Shown: positions 1 to 20,738 of the stretch, piece by piece
Layout: each line of letters starts with the position of its first letter
Position numbering within the stretch: the first letter of the stretch is position 1
Notes under the pieces: generated by a model
Databases searched by the model: none
What the model saw: only the letters and a program-made list of their open reading frames with translations
Told to the model about the DNA's origin: nothing
NCBI GenBank assembly: GCA_964658305.1
Contig: OZ210885.1
Span: forward strand, 13,888,001-13,952,000
Source of the DNA: Leptogorgia sarmentosa
Lineage: Eukaryota
Direction: 5' to 3'
DNA length: 64,000 nt
Program-made: the position numbers and the translations under genes

Positions 1-51
1 AATGGCCCTTTTCTTCTGACTGTTTAGTACAAGTCTTTTTGACAAATAAAT

Positions 52-430
52 ACAGTCGAACCTCTCCTTGCGGACACCTCTTGTAAGCGGACACCTCTCG
101 TAAGCGGACACCATTCTTAGGTCCCTGCCAAACCTCTATTAAATTACTATATTTACGACCTCTCTTAAGCGGACACCTCTCGTAAGCGGACGCGGACACC
201 AAAACCAAATCCAAAATGACATTATAACCTCTTGTAAGCGGTCAATTTGCATTCTGCTTCCATTGACATAATTTTTATCAGTTTATGACCGGCGGCTAAA
301 TATCAACATCTGTTTGGTGTTGATAACAATAACAAGAACATGTTGTATACTCTGGACATTAAAAATCGATAATCATCTGGTGAAAAATTCAAGTACGGTC
401 AACTCTCGCTTTGCGGACACCTCGCTATTG
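52..430. repeat. Tc1/mariner-like non-autonomous element remnant(s)
   Basis: TA|CAGTCGAACCTC end at ~51-65, several GCGGACACCTCT(C/T)GTAA subterminal repeats, and a second similar end (TACGGTCAACTCTCGC...GCGGACACCTC) at ~394-425; no matching right end located. Confidence 0.45.
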
Positions 431-614
431 GCAACACTTTGTTTTTTTGGTAAAAATATAACCAATATTTAATTGGTCATATATGTTTAACCAATTGTGA
501 ATTGGTTTAAATCACCAATTAAAATTGGTTGCAACCTAAAAAATTAGTCATTTTAACCAATATTTATATTCTAAATCCTTGTATTTATGTGTGCGTATTT
601 TTTTTGTCACAAAG

Positions 615-7606
<6,992 letters not shown>

Positions 7607-10600
7607 AATTAGAGGAATATAATGGTGGATTCCTTACACCAGTTACGTATAAACAAATAAAACAGTTGTTAGTGTATCATAATTCTTTAGTGACTGCGAA
7701 TTGATTATTGAATGACAAAATTTGTTTTGGCAATATTTTTTTCCCAATTGTCATGTGTAGGTAAGAGTTTGAAAATTTATAAATTTTTGTAGGAAATTTT
7801 ATGTAAATTGTGAAAATAAAAGGAGTTGTGAAAGAATTATGTGGAAGTTATCGTTATGTGCAAAAAAATGCAGGCCTGGTTCTATTTGTTTGTTATTTGA
7901 CATGCATGTAAAGAATATATAGTGTCGATTTATTGTCGGCAGTTTTAAAACATAGTTTTTCCATTCAAAACTTGTATATCTCAAGGTTTTAAGACTTGCA
8001 TGCCTTTTCTGTCCTGACACTATTCATGCATTCATTTGGTATAACTTCGGCATAACAAATTTGAATTAATGCATACAAATGCCCTGCTATATATATAACA
8101 GAACGTCTTACGCAAAACATGATGGAGCGAATTTGAAGCCTTGATGAAATTTGAACATGCGACACGAAGCTTGAATTGAAATATAAGTCTTATTTTTGGT
8201 ATATGGTGTGCCTAAAAAGTAACCTCTATAACATACATACGGAAAGGAAGGGAAATTTTTATGAATATTTCTGCCTTGCAAATACCATTCAATTTAATTC
8301 AATACCATTCCCAAAGGTATAACTACGCACGCTCAAACGGACAGCATAGAACAATGCGTGGGTATGAATTTCTGTATGCAAAATAGTTTCCTCGTGCTTT
8401 AACATGCTTCGCATTACACGAGGAAGAACGTTGAGACTATAGTGGGAAGGTTTTTGAAAAGCGAAGGTTAAAGAAGTTGCTTGGAACGTTAAACCGTTTC
8501 AGTGGACTATGATGCTGGCAACACTATATGTAAAGGTGTCGAAGTGACCTAAATAAGGTATGTAGTTATATAAGACTGACTACATGCTAAAAGAGTTGCT
8601 GTAGAATAGTGTATTTCAAAGCTATAGCTGTTATGGGCGGGTGAGCATGTCGGATAAGATGAACAAGAAGCATTTGCTTCTATACATACTCACAACATAA
8701 ATGTATAGGAAAGTATTGGACATTTGGACCAAAGATCGCCTTGCACATGGTACTGATTGCAGGCGAAGCGATCCTTTGCTATAGAAGCAAGCTTAGCTGC
8801 TTTTCCGTGTTACATGTTATTCGCTACCAACGGCCATTTTGTGTAGTACGTTGAATAGCTGCATGTATATTATATTGTATAGTCTCGCTCAGTTGATTTG
8901 CTTTCGTTCGTTTGCCTGGCCGTTCTAAATTTTGCCGTTATAATGTAGTTGTTATAAGGTATAACTAAAGATATAAGCTTGCCGATGTTCACAATGATGA
9001 AGCACATACGTATAATTGGAAATACCTTTTATAAGCTGGCTAAGTGTATGTGTTTTAAGTGTACAAATCTTATAATTCCGTGTAACATCAGCTATGCCTA
9101 TAGAATATCTGGATTCTGGCCATTTTGTGGACAACTGTGTCTTCATGAAAAAAGTTTGTTCCAACACGGCAAATAGTATACATTTCGTTTTCGGTAGAAT
9201 ATTTAGTGAAGCAATTTTTCTAGTATTTGCATTTGAACTGAAGTAAAACTTTAGGCAAATAGTTTTGTATTTCACTCAAGCAAAATTAAATTAATTTGGT
9301 ATTATATGAAGTTGCTTTTAGTTAAGGAAATAGGCTAGTTCGAATACTTTTTGCTGAGCACTCGCAAGGCGATCAAATTTTAAAGAAGGAATTTTCTGTA
9401 TCACTGATCTTGAATGCGAGTGAATGGATTATGAAACGTCCCATGGCGTTTGAATTTTCTGGTTGCTGCTGACTTTGTTATACGTCCATTACTTCATGTT
9501 AGGTTCGAATAAACTTGGTGTGTATACTTATTGTGTAACTATTGTGTATTGCATTGTAAGCACGTGTTTATATGGGTGTTCATATTTGATGTATTATAAG
9601 TGTTGTTAATACGGCGTTCGAGGCATGCCCCCCCCCCCCCCCCCACAGACATTTAGCACCAGGGGGCTAACCGTAAAAATAGCAGGTGATGCGTTGTTCG
9701 TATTTCAGCCAATCAGCTCTCATAAAACGGTGTCCGAATAGAAAACCATTTTGCCATGCATATTTACTCGATTATATCTTTCAATTATTCTGAATGAGGT
9801 TAGTTAAAAAATTGTAATTATGTTTGGTTATGATATGAGAACTATAGCTGTTAAAAAAAATATGGAATCGAAATAAGGTATATTATGCATGGAGGTATTC
9901 AGCTGTTTCAATCGAGAAATTGATTTATTTCTATTTGATAGCTAGTCCCAGTCCTCTCTGATCTCACCTGGTCATTAAAAAACAATGAATATAACCTATA
10001 TGTTGTGAGTACTGTTGTAATTATACAAAAATGTGATATGCATTGCCAAAAAAATATACGTATATATAGGAGTGTACAGCTTTCGAGACGAAATCTTTAT
10101 CACAAGTTGCTTTTGATGCATAACGTTTATAGTTTGTAGCAAATAATGAATAGTACAAAGTATACAAATATAAGATTTTGTATATGGGAATATGCAATCA
10201 ATATAAAGGGGTTGTTTATGTTTAATAGTACACTTTGGCAGCGAAGGAATATATTTACACAACAACAATTATAAAACTAGATCGAAAAGTTTTTTACAAC
10301 ATGGAATCATTGAAACAAAATTAAATTAGATTAATAGCTGAAACAGCGGCGCAATAGAAACCGACATTTGCATTTACTAACATGTTTTAAATTGCATTAT
10401 TCCTTAGACAGTTTGACTTTGGAATCGTTTTAGTTTAGCGGTATACGTAGACTGTACTGTATAATACTTGCACTGGGTTAAAATGTTGTTCTGATCTCGT
10501 GAAGAAGCCCTGAATGGGATGTCCCATGCAATTACCGTCGATTAATACGTCCGTGATTGTCCGCAACATATTATTTAAAATTTGGTACATTCGTACTTTG

Positions 10601-11301
10601 TATGAGGAGTAATTAAAACAAATATTATTTGCATGACCAATATGTATGAATAATCCATCAATATAGTACTTCCATTATTAATTTGCATAAATAACTTTGG
10701 GAATATATTTTATAAAGCGCGCTAAGTTAATTAGTATACTTTGTAAGTAAACAGTAATATAATTGATTGCCAAGGAATATATATGTAACTAACAGTTAAT
10801 ATTTGAAAATAGCACATGATAAAATGCATGCGTTTTATTGGTCAATATTGACTTGTTGACGTTTAAAAGATATTGCAAATTTTTAAACAGTCGCTAGAGC
10901 GGATAGCCTTCGTACTAAGTAGTGTATAATGCTATGGCGTACGAATGCTATAAAATAAAGACTTGTTCAACCAGTTGAGGGAGTACATCATTAAGTACCA
11001 CGATCTCGTCCTGTTTGCACAAAGAATCGTGCGAATAAAAGCCACTTTCCATCAGTAATAAGAAAATAATCGCTATACGCGGGTATGGCGATATCGGAAA
11101 GTGGTCGGAGCAGGTTGGGCAAGTCTGTGTAGAGGCAAGACAAAAAATTTTAAATCAAAACTAGTTGGATATTTTGAAGATACATAGGATAGTGTACCGC
11201 TCTAGCACGGTTAGGTTTTCCAGTTCTTCCTTGCCTCTACACTTATTATATTTCTTTTTTTTGGCGGGGGGCTATGTCGCACGCCGAAAATCTCAACGGC
11301 T

Positions 11302-11320
11302 ATCCCATAATGCATTTCGG
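11302..11320 (+). promoter_or_regulatory. Staf/ZNF143-like site
   Basis: TCCCATAATGCATTTCGG closely resembles the recalled Staf consensus ACCCATAATGCATYGCGG; ~90 bp upstream of the first U2 fragment. Confidence 0.4.
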
Positions 11321-11411
11321 CACGAATGAAACTGCACAGTCAGCGTAATTTCACTAGCATTACTCTTTTAATAATATTGACTGAATAGCGAATAGTCACA
11401 ATGCGAAGGCC

Positions 11412-11582
11412 TGGCTAAGATCAAGTGTAGTATCTGTTCTTATCAGCTTAATATCTGATATGTTAGGCAATGTCCTAACTCATATATTAAACTGATTTTT
11501 GGACCTCGGCCATGGGATTGAAGCTTGCTTCGCCCTGGCCACGGGTTGTCTCGGTATTGCACTACCTCCGAGTACGGCCCAC
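11412..11582 (+). pseudogene. RNU2: 5'-truncated U2 snRNA (nt 18-188) at array boundary
   Basis: Begins TGGCTAAGATCAAGTGTAG; U2 nt 1-17 and the unit promoter are replaced by unique sequence. Confidence 0.9.
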
Positions 11583-12008
11583 TTCCCCCAATTTCATTAT
11601 TGGGGGAAGATTTCTCACTCATTATCAGTTCAAAAAAATTCTAACAAATTATTCTTCACTTTACAGATAGCTAGATCCTCGCCGCCGCGAACCGGCATTT
11701 GGCAAGAGATACGTATATAATGACATCATTATTCAGTGCCGATGACCGACGACGAACGAATTATGGTAAGCAGCCTAACACATTCATGTTATAATAGTCT
11801 TGGGTAGCTACTCGTTGGCCAACAAAGCTTAAGCAGCATCGCTGTTCATGAGATGAGATTAACATACTTTGATTTTTTTCTTAATTCCTATTGAACATGC
11901 GGGTCGAGAATTGTCGGAACGTGCAAACACGGTGCAGTCCGAGAGATCGATCGATCCATCTATCGACCGACAGAGAAACTCATTCCCATGCATTCGTTCC
12001 ACAAGCAT

Positions 12009-12035
12009 TCCTCGCCGTTGCAGCGTATAAAAGGT
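12009..12035 (+). promoter_or_regulatory. Candidate PSE/TATA-like promoter of U1 (repeated in every unit; U2 counterpart ~12862-12896)
   Basis: U1 and U2 upstream regions share GCATT..TC(A/G)CC and TAAAAG ending 23-24 nt before +1. Confidence 0.45.
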
Positions 12036-12056
12036 AATCGTATGCGCCATGAAGTC

Positions 12057-12220
12057 ATACTTACCTGACGCGAGAGGCACCTTGATCAACTAGGAGGTCC
12101 TCTCAGGATGAGGCCCTTTCATTGCACTTCGACTGGGTTGACTCCTGCGATTACCCCTAATGTGGGTAACTCGAGCGTATAATTTCTGGTAGTGGGGACC
12201 TGCGTTCGCGCTCGTCCCCT
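12057..12220 (+). ncRNA. RNU1: U1 snRNA
   Basis: 5' ATACTTACCTG, loop II ATTGCACTTC, Sm site AATTTCTGG, terminal stem-loop with TTCG loop. Confidence 0.98.
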
Positions 12221-12920
12221 TTATCCCCATCTTATTATTCTCATTTCCAATACTCAAAACTCACATTACAAATGTCGTCGAGCATGTGTCAGTATATTGA
12301 CGAGACAACAATTCCATGTATTCCTCACACTGGCGGCCGCCGCGTGTTTCACGAACACGTGTAACTCGATACTACATCGCGGTCATTCGAAACTAATACA
12401 CAACCATGCAATCAATATTGGATTACTCACACCTTGTTGTAGGCACGTCACGTGGAATGAACGAGTGAGTCAATCCATACACGCGCTGCCAACCGATCAT
12501 GCATTTTATACTAGACTTATGTTAAACAACCATTTCCAATTCAAATGCACTCGTCATTTCTCCAACCGAAGCGCAACCGGACACGCTTCGCTCAACTCAA
12601 TGCATGTCGCTCATTTGCCATTCGCGAATCGGTCGCGAAGCCAGCGAATGGGAAAAAGCGCCACGTGCGCCCGCCAAAAAATCGCCAGAAATTCGTGGAG
12701 AACACACGTGCGTCGCGAGCAGTTTCGCGCGTGCAGCCGAATTAATTAGCAGCGCACAAACGATCGATTGTACGCGTCATCATGCCGCGTGCCACAACGT
12801 TTGCGGCTCGTTTCGCTTGCGATTTCGCGGCCGGGGCTGCTAATGGCGGCGCGAAGGAGGACCGCATTTTTTCACCTTGTCTTTCTCGCTTAAAAGATGG
12901 CGTGGAACGGCGAAGAAGGC

Positions 12921-13108
12921 ATCGCTTCTCGGCCTTTTGGCTAAGATCAAGTGTAGTATCTGTTCTTATCAGCTTAATATCTGATATGTTAGGCAATGTC
13001 CTAACTCATATATTAAACTGATTTTTGGACCTCGGCCATGGGATTGAAGCTTGCTTCGCCCTGGCCACGGGTTGTCTCGGTATTGCACTACCTCCGAGTA
13101 CGGCCCAC
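12921..13108 (+). ncRNA. RNU2: U2 snRNA
   Basis: 5' ATCGCTTCTCGGCCTTTTGGCTAAGATCAAGTGTAGTATCTGTTC, Sm site GATTTTTGG, stem-loop IV TATTGCACTACC. Confidence 0.98.
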
Positions 13109-13582
13109 TTCCCCCAATTTCATTATTGGGGGAAGATTTCTCACTCATTATCAGTTCAAAAAAATTCTAACAAATTATTCTTCACTTTACAGATAGCTAG
13201 ATCCTCGCCGCCGCGAACCGGCATTTGGCAAGAGATACGTATATAATGACATCATTATTCAGTGCCGATGACCGACGACGAACGAATTATGGTAAGCAGC
13301 CTAACACATTCATGTTATAATAGTCTTGGGTAGCTACTCGTTGGCCAACAAAGCTTAAGCAGCATCGCTGTTCATGAGATGAGATTAACATACTTTGATT
13401 TTTTTCTTAATTCCTATTGAACATGCGGGTCGAGAATTGTCGGAACGTGCAAACACGGTGCAGTCCGAGAGATCGATCGATCCATCTATCGACCGACAGA
13501 GAAACTCATTCCCATGCATTCGTTCCACAAGCATTCCTCGCCGTTGCAGCGTATAAAAGGTAATCGTATGCGCCATGAAGTC

Positions 13583-13746
13583 ATACTTACCTGACGCGAG
13601 AGGCACCTTGATCAACTAGGAGGTCCTCTCAGGATGAGGCCCTTTCATTGCACTTCGACTGGGTTGACTCCTGCGATTACCCCTAATGTGGGTAACTCGA
13701 GCGTATAATTTCTGGTAGTGGGGACCTGCGTTCGCGCTCGTCCCCT
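13583..13746 (+). ncRNA. RNU1: U1 snRNA
   Basis: Copy of 12057-12220. Confidence 0.98.
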
Positions 13747-14446
13747 TTATCCCCATCTTATTATTCTCATTTCCAATACTCAAAACTCACATTACAAATG
13801 TCGTCGAGCATGTGTCAGTATATTGACGAGACAACAATTCCATGTATTCCTCACACTGGCGGCCGCCGCGTGTTTCACGAACACGTGTAACTCGATACTA
13901 CATCGCGGTCATTCGAAACTAATACACAACCATGCAATCAATATTGGATTACTCACACCTTGTTGTAGGCACGTCACGTGGAATGAACGAGTGAGTCAAT
14001 CCATACACGCGCTGCCAACCGATCATGCATTTTATACTAGACTTATGTTAAACAACCATTTCCAATTCAAATGCACTCGTCATTTCTCCAACCGAAGCGC
14101 AACCGGACACGCTTCGCTCAACTCAATGCATGTCGCTCATTTGCCATTCGCGAATCGGTCGCGAAGCCAGCGAATGGGAAAAAGCGCCACGTGCGCCCGC
14201 CAAAAAATCGCCAGAAATTCGTGGAGAACACACGTGCGTCGCGAGCAGTTTCGCGCGTGCAGCCGAATTAATTAGCAGCGCACAAACGATCGATTGTACG
14301 CGTCATCATGCCGCGTGCCACAACGTTTGCGGCTCGTTTCGCTTGCGATTTCGCGGCCGGGGCTGCTAATGGCGGCGCGAAGGAGGACCGCATTTTTTCA
14401 CCTTGTCTTTCTCGCTTAAAAGATGGCGTGGAACGGCGAAGAAGGC

Positions 14447-14634
14447 ATCGCTTCTCGGCCTTTTGGCTAAGATCAAGTGTAGTATCTGTTCTTATCAGCT
14501 TAATATCTGATATGTTAGGCAATGTCCTAACTCATATATTAAACTGATTTTTGGACCTCGGCCATGGGATTGAAGCTTGCTTCGCCCTGGCCACGGGTTG
14601 TCTCGGTATTGCACTACCTCCGAGTACGGCCCAC
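14447..14634 (+). ncRNA. RNU2: U2 snRNA
   Basis: Copy of 12921-13108. Confidence 0.98.
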
Positions 14635-15108
14635 TTCCCCCAATTTCATTATTGGGGGAAGATTTCTCACTCATTATCAGTTCAAAAAAATTCTAACAAA
14701 TTATTCTTCACTTTACAGATAGCTAGATCCTCGCCGCCGCGAACCGGCATTTGGCAAGAGATACGTATATAATGACATCATTATTCAGTGCCGATGACCG
14801 ACGACGAACGAATTATGGTAAGCAGCCTAACACATTCATGTTATAATAGTCTTGGGTAGCTACTCGTTGGCCAACAAAGCTTAAGCAGCATCGCTGTTCA
14901 TGAGATGAGATTAACATACTTTGATTTTTTTCTTAATTCCTATTGAACATGCGGGTCGAGAATTGTCGGAACGTGCAAACACGGTGCAGTCCGAGAGATC
15001 GATCGATCCATCTATCGACCGACAGAGAAACTCATTCCCATGCATTCGTTCCACAAGCATTCCTCGCCGTTGCAGCGTATAAAAGGTAATCGTATGCGCC
15101 ATGAAGTC

Positions 15109-15272
15109 ATACTTACCTGACGCGAGAGGCACCTTGATCAACTAGGAGGTCCTCTCAGGATGAGGCCCTTTCATTGCACTTCGACTGGGTTGACTCCTGC
15201 GATTACCCCTAATGTGGGTAACTCGAGCGTATAATTTCTGGTAGTGGGGACCTGCGTTCGCGCTCGTCCCCT
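15109..15272 (+). ncRNA. RNU1: U1 snRNA
   Basis: Array copy. Confidence 0.98.
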
Positions 15273-15972
15273 TTATCCCCATCTTATTATTCTCATTTCC
15301 AATACTCAAAACTCACATTACAAATGTCGTCGAGCATGTGTCAGTATATTGACGAGACAACAATTCCATGTATTCCTCACACTGGCGGCCGCCGCGTGTT
15401 TCACGAACACGTGTAACTCGATACTACATCGCGGTCATTCGAAACTAATACACAACCATGCAATCAATATTGGATTACTCACACCTTGTTGTAGGCACGT
15501 CACGTGGAATGAACGAGTGAGTCAATCCATACACGCGCTGCCAACCGATCATGCATTTTATACTAGACTTATGTTAAACAACCATTTCCAATTCAAATGC
15601 ACTCGTCATTTCTCCAACCGAAGCGCAACCGGACACGCTTCGCTCAACTCAATGCATGTCGCTCATTTGCCATTCGCGAATCGGTCGCGAAGCCAGCGAA
15701 TGGGAAAAAGCGCCACGTGCGCCCGCCAAAAAATCGCCAGAAATTCGTGGAGAACACACGTGCGTCGCGAGCAGTTTCGCGCGTGCAGCCGAATTAATTA
15801 GCAGCGCACAAACGATCGATTGTACGCGTCATCATGCCGCGTGCCACAACGTTTGCGGCTCGTTTCGCTTGCGATTTCGCGGCCGGGGCTGCTAATGGCG
15901 GCGCGAAGGAGGACCGCATTTTTTCACCTTGTCTTTCTCGCTTAAAAGATGGCGTGGAACGGCGAAGAAGGC

Positions 15973-16160
15973 ATCGCTTCTCGGCCTTTTGGCTAAGATC
16001 AAGTGTAGTATCTGTTCTTATCAGCTTAATATCTGATATGTTAGGCAATGTCCTAACTCATATATTAAACTGATTTTTGGACCTCGGCCATGGGATTGAA
16101 GCTTGCTTCGCCCTGGCCACGGGTTGTCTCGGTATTGCACTACCTCCGAGTACGGCCCAC
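15973..16160 (+). ncRNA. RNU2: U2 snRNA
   Basis: Array copy. Confidence 0.98.
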
Positions 16161-16634
16161 TTCCCCCAATTTCATTATTGGGGGAAGATTTCTCACTCAT
16201 TATCAGTTCAAAAAAATTCTAACAAATTATTCTTCACTTTACAGATAGCTAGATCCTCGCCGCCGCGAACCGGCATTTGGCAAGAGATACGTATATAATG
16301 ACATCATTATTCAGTGCCGATGACCGACGACGAACGAATTATGGTAAGCAGCCTAACACATTCATGTTATAATAGTCTTGGGTAGCTACTCGTTGGCCAA
16401 CAAAGCTTAAGCAGCATCGCTGTTCATGAGATGAGATTAACATACTTTGATTTTTTTCTTAATTCCTATTGAACATGCGGGTCGAGAATTGTCGGAACGT
16501 GCAAACACGGTGCAGTCCGAGAGATCGATCGATCCATCTATCGACCGACAGAGAAACTCATTCCCATGCATTCGTTCCACAAGCATTCCTCGCCGTTGCA
16601 GCGTATAAAAGGTAATCGTATGCGCCATGAAGTC

Positions 16635-16798
16635 ATACTTACCTGACGCGAGAGGCACCTTGATCAACTAGGAGGTCCTCTCAGGATGAGGCCCTTTCAT
16701 TGCACTTCGACTGGGTTGACTCCTGCGATTACCCCTAATGTGGGTAACTCGAGCGTATAATTTCTGGTAGTGGGGACCTGCGTTCGCGCTCGTCCCCT
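16635..16798 (+). ncRNA. RNU1: U1 snRNA
   Basis: Array copy. Confidence 0.98.
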
Positions 16799-17498
16799 TT
16801 ATCCCCATCTTATTATTCTCATTTCCAATACTCAAAACTCACATTACAAATGTCGTCGAGCATGTGTCAGTATATTGACGAGACAACAATTCCATGTATT
16901 CCTCACACTGGCGGCCGCCGCGTGTTTCACGAACACGTGTAACTCGATACTACATCGCGGTCATTCGAAACTAATACACAACCATGCAATCAATATTGGA
17001 TTACTCACACCTTGTTGTAGGCACGTCACGTGGAATGAACGAGTGAGTCAATCCATACACGCGCTGCCAACCGATCATGCATTTTATACTAGACTTATGT
17101 TAAACAACCATTTCCAATTCAAATGCACTCGTCATTTCTCCAACCGAAGCGCAACCGGACACGCTTCGCTCAACTCAATGCATGTCGCTCATTTGCCATT
17201 CGCGAATCGGTCGCGAAGCCAGCGAATGGGAAAAAGCGCCACGTGCGCCCGCCAAAAAATCGCCAGAAATTCGTGGAGAACACACGTGCGTCGCGAGCAG
17301 TTTCGCGCGTGCAGCCGAATTAATTAGCAGCGCACAAACGATCGATTGTACGCGTCATCATGCCGCGTGCCACAACGTTTGCGGCTCGTTTCGCTTGCGA
17401 TTTCGCGGCCGGGGCTGCTAATGGCGGCGCGAAGGAGGACCGCATTTTTTCACCTTGTCTTTCTCGCTTAAAAGATGGCGTGGAACGGCGAAGAAGGC

Positions 17499-17686
17499 AT
17501 CGCTTCTCGGCCTTTTGGCTAAGATCAAGTGTAGTATCTGTTCTTATCAGCTTAATATCTGATATGTTAGGCAATGTCCTAACTCATATATTAAACTGAT
17601 TTTTGGACCTCGGCCATGGGATTGAAGCTTGCTTCGCCCTGGCCACGGGTTGTCTCGGTATTGCACTACCTCCGAGTACGGCCCAC
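17499..17686 (+). ncRNA. RNU2: U2 snRNA
   Basis: Array copy. Confidence 0.98.
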
Positions 17687-18160
17687 TTCCCCCAATTTCA
17701 TTATTGGGGGAAGATTTCTCACTCATTATCAGTTCAAAAAAATTCTAACAAATTATTCTTCACTTTACAGATAGCTAGATCCTCGCCGCCGCGAACCGGC
17801 ATTTGGCAAGAGATACGTATATAATGACATCATTATTCAGTGCCGATGACCGACGACGAACGAATTATGGTAAGCAGCCTAACACATTCATGTTATAATA
17901 GTCTTGGGTAGCTACTCGTTGGCCAACAAAGCTTAAGCAGCATCGCTGTTCATGAGATGAGATTAACATACTTTGATTTTTTTCTTAATTCCTATTGAAC
18001 ATGCGGGTCGAGAATTGTCGGAACGTGCAAACACGGTGCAGTCCGAGAGATCGATCGATCCATCTATCGACCGACAGAGAAACTCATTCCCATGCATTCG
18101 TTCCACAAGCATTCCTCGCCGTTGCAGCGTATAAAAGGTAATCGTATGCGCCATGAAGTC

Positions 18161-18324
18161 ATACTTACCTGACGCGAGAGGCACCTTGATCAACTAGGAG
18201 GTCCTCTCAGGATGAGGCCCTTTCATTGCACTTCGACTGGGTTGACTCCTGCGATTACCCCTAATGTGGGTAACTCGAGCGTATAATTTCTGGTAGTGGG
18301 GACCTGCGTTCGCGCTCGTCCCCT
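18161..18324 (+). ncRNA. RNU1: U1 snRNA
   Basis: Array copy. Confidence 0.98.
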
Positions 18325-19024
18325 TTATCCCCATCTTATTATTCTCATTTCCAATACTCAAAACTCACATTACAAATGTCGTCGAGCATGTGTCAGTATA
18401 TTGACGAGACAACAATTCCATGTATTCCTCACACTGGCGGCCGCCGCGTGTTTCACGAACACGTGTAACTCGATACTACATCGCGGTCATTCGAAACTAA
18501 TACACAACCATGCAATCAATATTGGATTACTCACACCTTGTTGTAGGCACGTCACGTGGAATGAACGAGTGAGTCAATCCATACACGCGCTGCCAACCGA
18601 TCATGCATTTTATACTAGACTTATGTTAAACAACCATTTCCAATTCAAATGCACTCGTCATTTCTCCAACCGAAGCGCAACCGGACACGCTTCGCTCAAC
18701 TCAATGCATGTCGCTCATTTGCCATTCGCGAATCGGTCGCGAAGCCAGCGAATGGGAAAAAGCGCCACGTGCGCCCGCCAAAAAATCGCCAGAAATTCGT
18801 GGAGAACACACGTGCGTCGCGAGCAGTTTCGCGCGTGCAGCCGAATTAATTAGCAGCGCACAAACGATCGATTGTACGCGTCATCATGCCGCGTGCCACA
18901 ACGTTTGCGGCTCGTTTCGCTTGCGATTTCGCGGCCGGGGCTGCTAATGGCGGCGCGAAGGAGGACCGCATTTTTTCACCTTGTCTTTCTCGCTTAAAAG
19001 ATGGCGTGGAACGGCGAAGAAGGC

Positions 19025-19212
19025 ATCGCTTCTCGGCCTTTTGGCTAAGATCAAGTGTAGTATCTGTTCTTATCAGCTTAATATCTGATATGTTAGGCAA
19101 TGTCCTAACTCATATATTAAACTGATTTTTGGACCTCGGCCATGGGATTGAAGCTTGCTTCGCCCTGGCCACGGGTTGTCTCGGTATTGCACTACCTCCG
19201 AGTACGGCCCAC
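19025..19212 (+). ncRNA. RNU2: U2 snRNA
   Basis: Array copy. Confidence 0.98.
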
Positions 19213-19686
19213 TTCCCCCAATTTCATTATTGGGGGAAGATTTCTCACTCATTATCAGTTCAAAAAAATTCTAACAAATTATTCTTCACTTTACAGATAG
19301 CTAGATCCTCGCCGCCGCGAACCGGCATTTGGCAAGAGATACGTATATAATGACATCATTATTCAGTGCCGATGACCGACGACGAACGAATTATGGTAAG
19401 CAGCCTAACACATTCATGTTATAATAGTCTTGGGTAGCTACTCGTTGGCCAACAAAGCTTAAGCAGCATCGCTGTTCATGAGATGAGATTAACATACTTT
19501 GATTTTTTTCTTAATTCCTATTGAACATGCGGGTCGAGAATTGTCGGAACGTGCAAACACGGTGCAGTCCGAGAGATCGATCGATCCATCTATCGACCGA
19601 CAGAGAAACTCATTCCCATGCATTCGTTCCACAAGCATTCCTCGCCGTTGCAGCGTATAAAAGGTAATCGTATGCGCCATGAAGTC

Positions 19687-19850
19687 ATACTTACCTGACG
19701 CGAGAGGCACCTTGATCAACTAGGAGGTCCTCTCAGGATGAGGCCCTTTCATTGCACTTCGACTGGGTTGACTCCTGCGATTACCCCTAATGTGGGTAAC
19801 TCGAGCGTATAATTTCTGGTAGTGGGGACCTGCGTTCGCGCTCGTCCCCT
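19687..19850 (+). ncRNA. RNU1: U1 snRNA
   Basis: Array copy. Confidence 0.98.
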
Positions 19851-20550
19851 TTATCCCCATCTTATTATTCTCATTTCCAATACTCAAAACTCACATTACA
19901 AATGTCGTCGAGCATGTGTCAGTATATTGACGAGACAACAATTCCATGTATTCCTCACACTGGCGGCCGCCGCGTGTTTCACGAACACGTGTAACTCGAT
20001 ACTACATCGCGGTCATTCGAAACTAATACACAACCATGCAATCAATATTGGATTACTCACACCTTGTTGTAGGCACGTCACGTGGAATGAACGAGTGAGT
20101 CAATCCATACACGCGCTGCCAACCGATCATGCATTTTATACTAGACTTATGTTAAACAACCATTTCCAATTCAAATGCACTCGTCATTTCTCCAACCGAA
20201 GCGCAACCGGACACGCTTCGCTCAACTCAATGCATGTCGCTCATTTGCCATTCGCGAATCGGTCGCGAAGCCAGCGAATGGGAAAAAGCGCCACGTGCGC
20301 CCGCCAAAAAATCGCCAGAAATTCGTGGAGAACACACGTGCGTCGCGAGCAGTTTCGCGCGTGCAGCCGAATTAATTAGCAGCGCACAAACGATCGATTG
20401 TACGCGTCATCATGCCGCGTGCCACAACGTTTGCGGCTCGTTTCGCTTGCGATTTCGCGGCCGGGGCTGCTAATGGCGGCGCGAAGGAGGACCGCATTTT
20501 TTCACCTTGTCTTTCTCGCTTAAAAGATGGCGTGGAACGGCGAAGAAGGC

Positions 20551-20738
20551 ATCGCTTCTCGGCCTTTTGGCTAAGATCAAGTGTAGTATCTGTTCTTATC
20601 AGCTTAATATCTGATATGTTAGGCAATGTCCTAACTCATATATTAAACTGATTTTTGGACCTCGGCCATGGGATTGAAGCTTGCTTCGCCCTGGCCACGG
20701 GTTGTCTCGGTATTGCACTACCTCCGAGTACGGCCCAC
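20551..20738 (+). ncRNA. RNU2: U2 snRNA
   Basis: Array copy. Confidence 0.98.

Noticed and set aside
7700..11100. Short ORFs and poly(C) tract in AT-rich DNA
   Set aside because: No recognisable homology or coherent exon chain; treated as 3' UTR or intergenic
11100..11411. Dada DNA transposon end at the array boundary
   Set aside because: No transposase, TSD or upstream U2 half found; resemblance too weak to call
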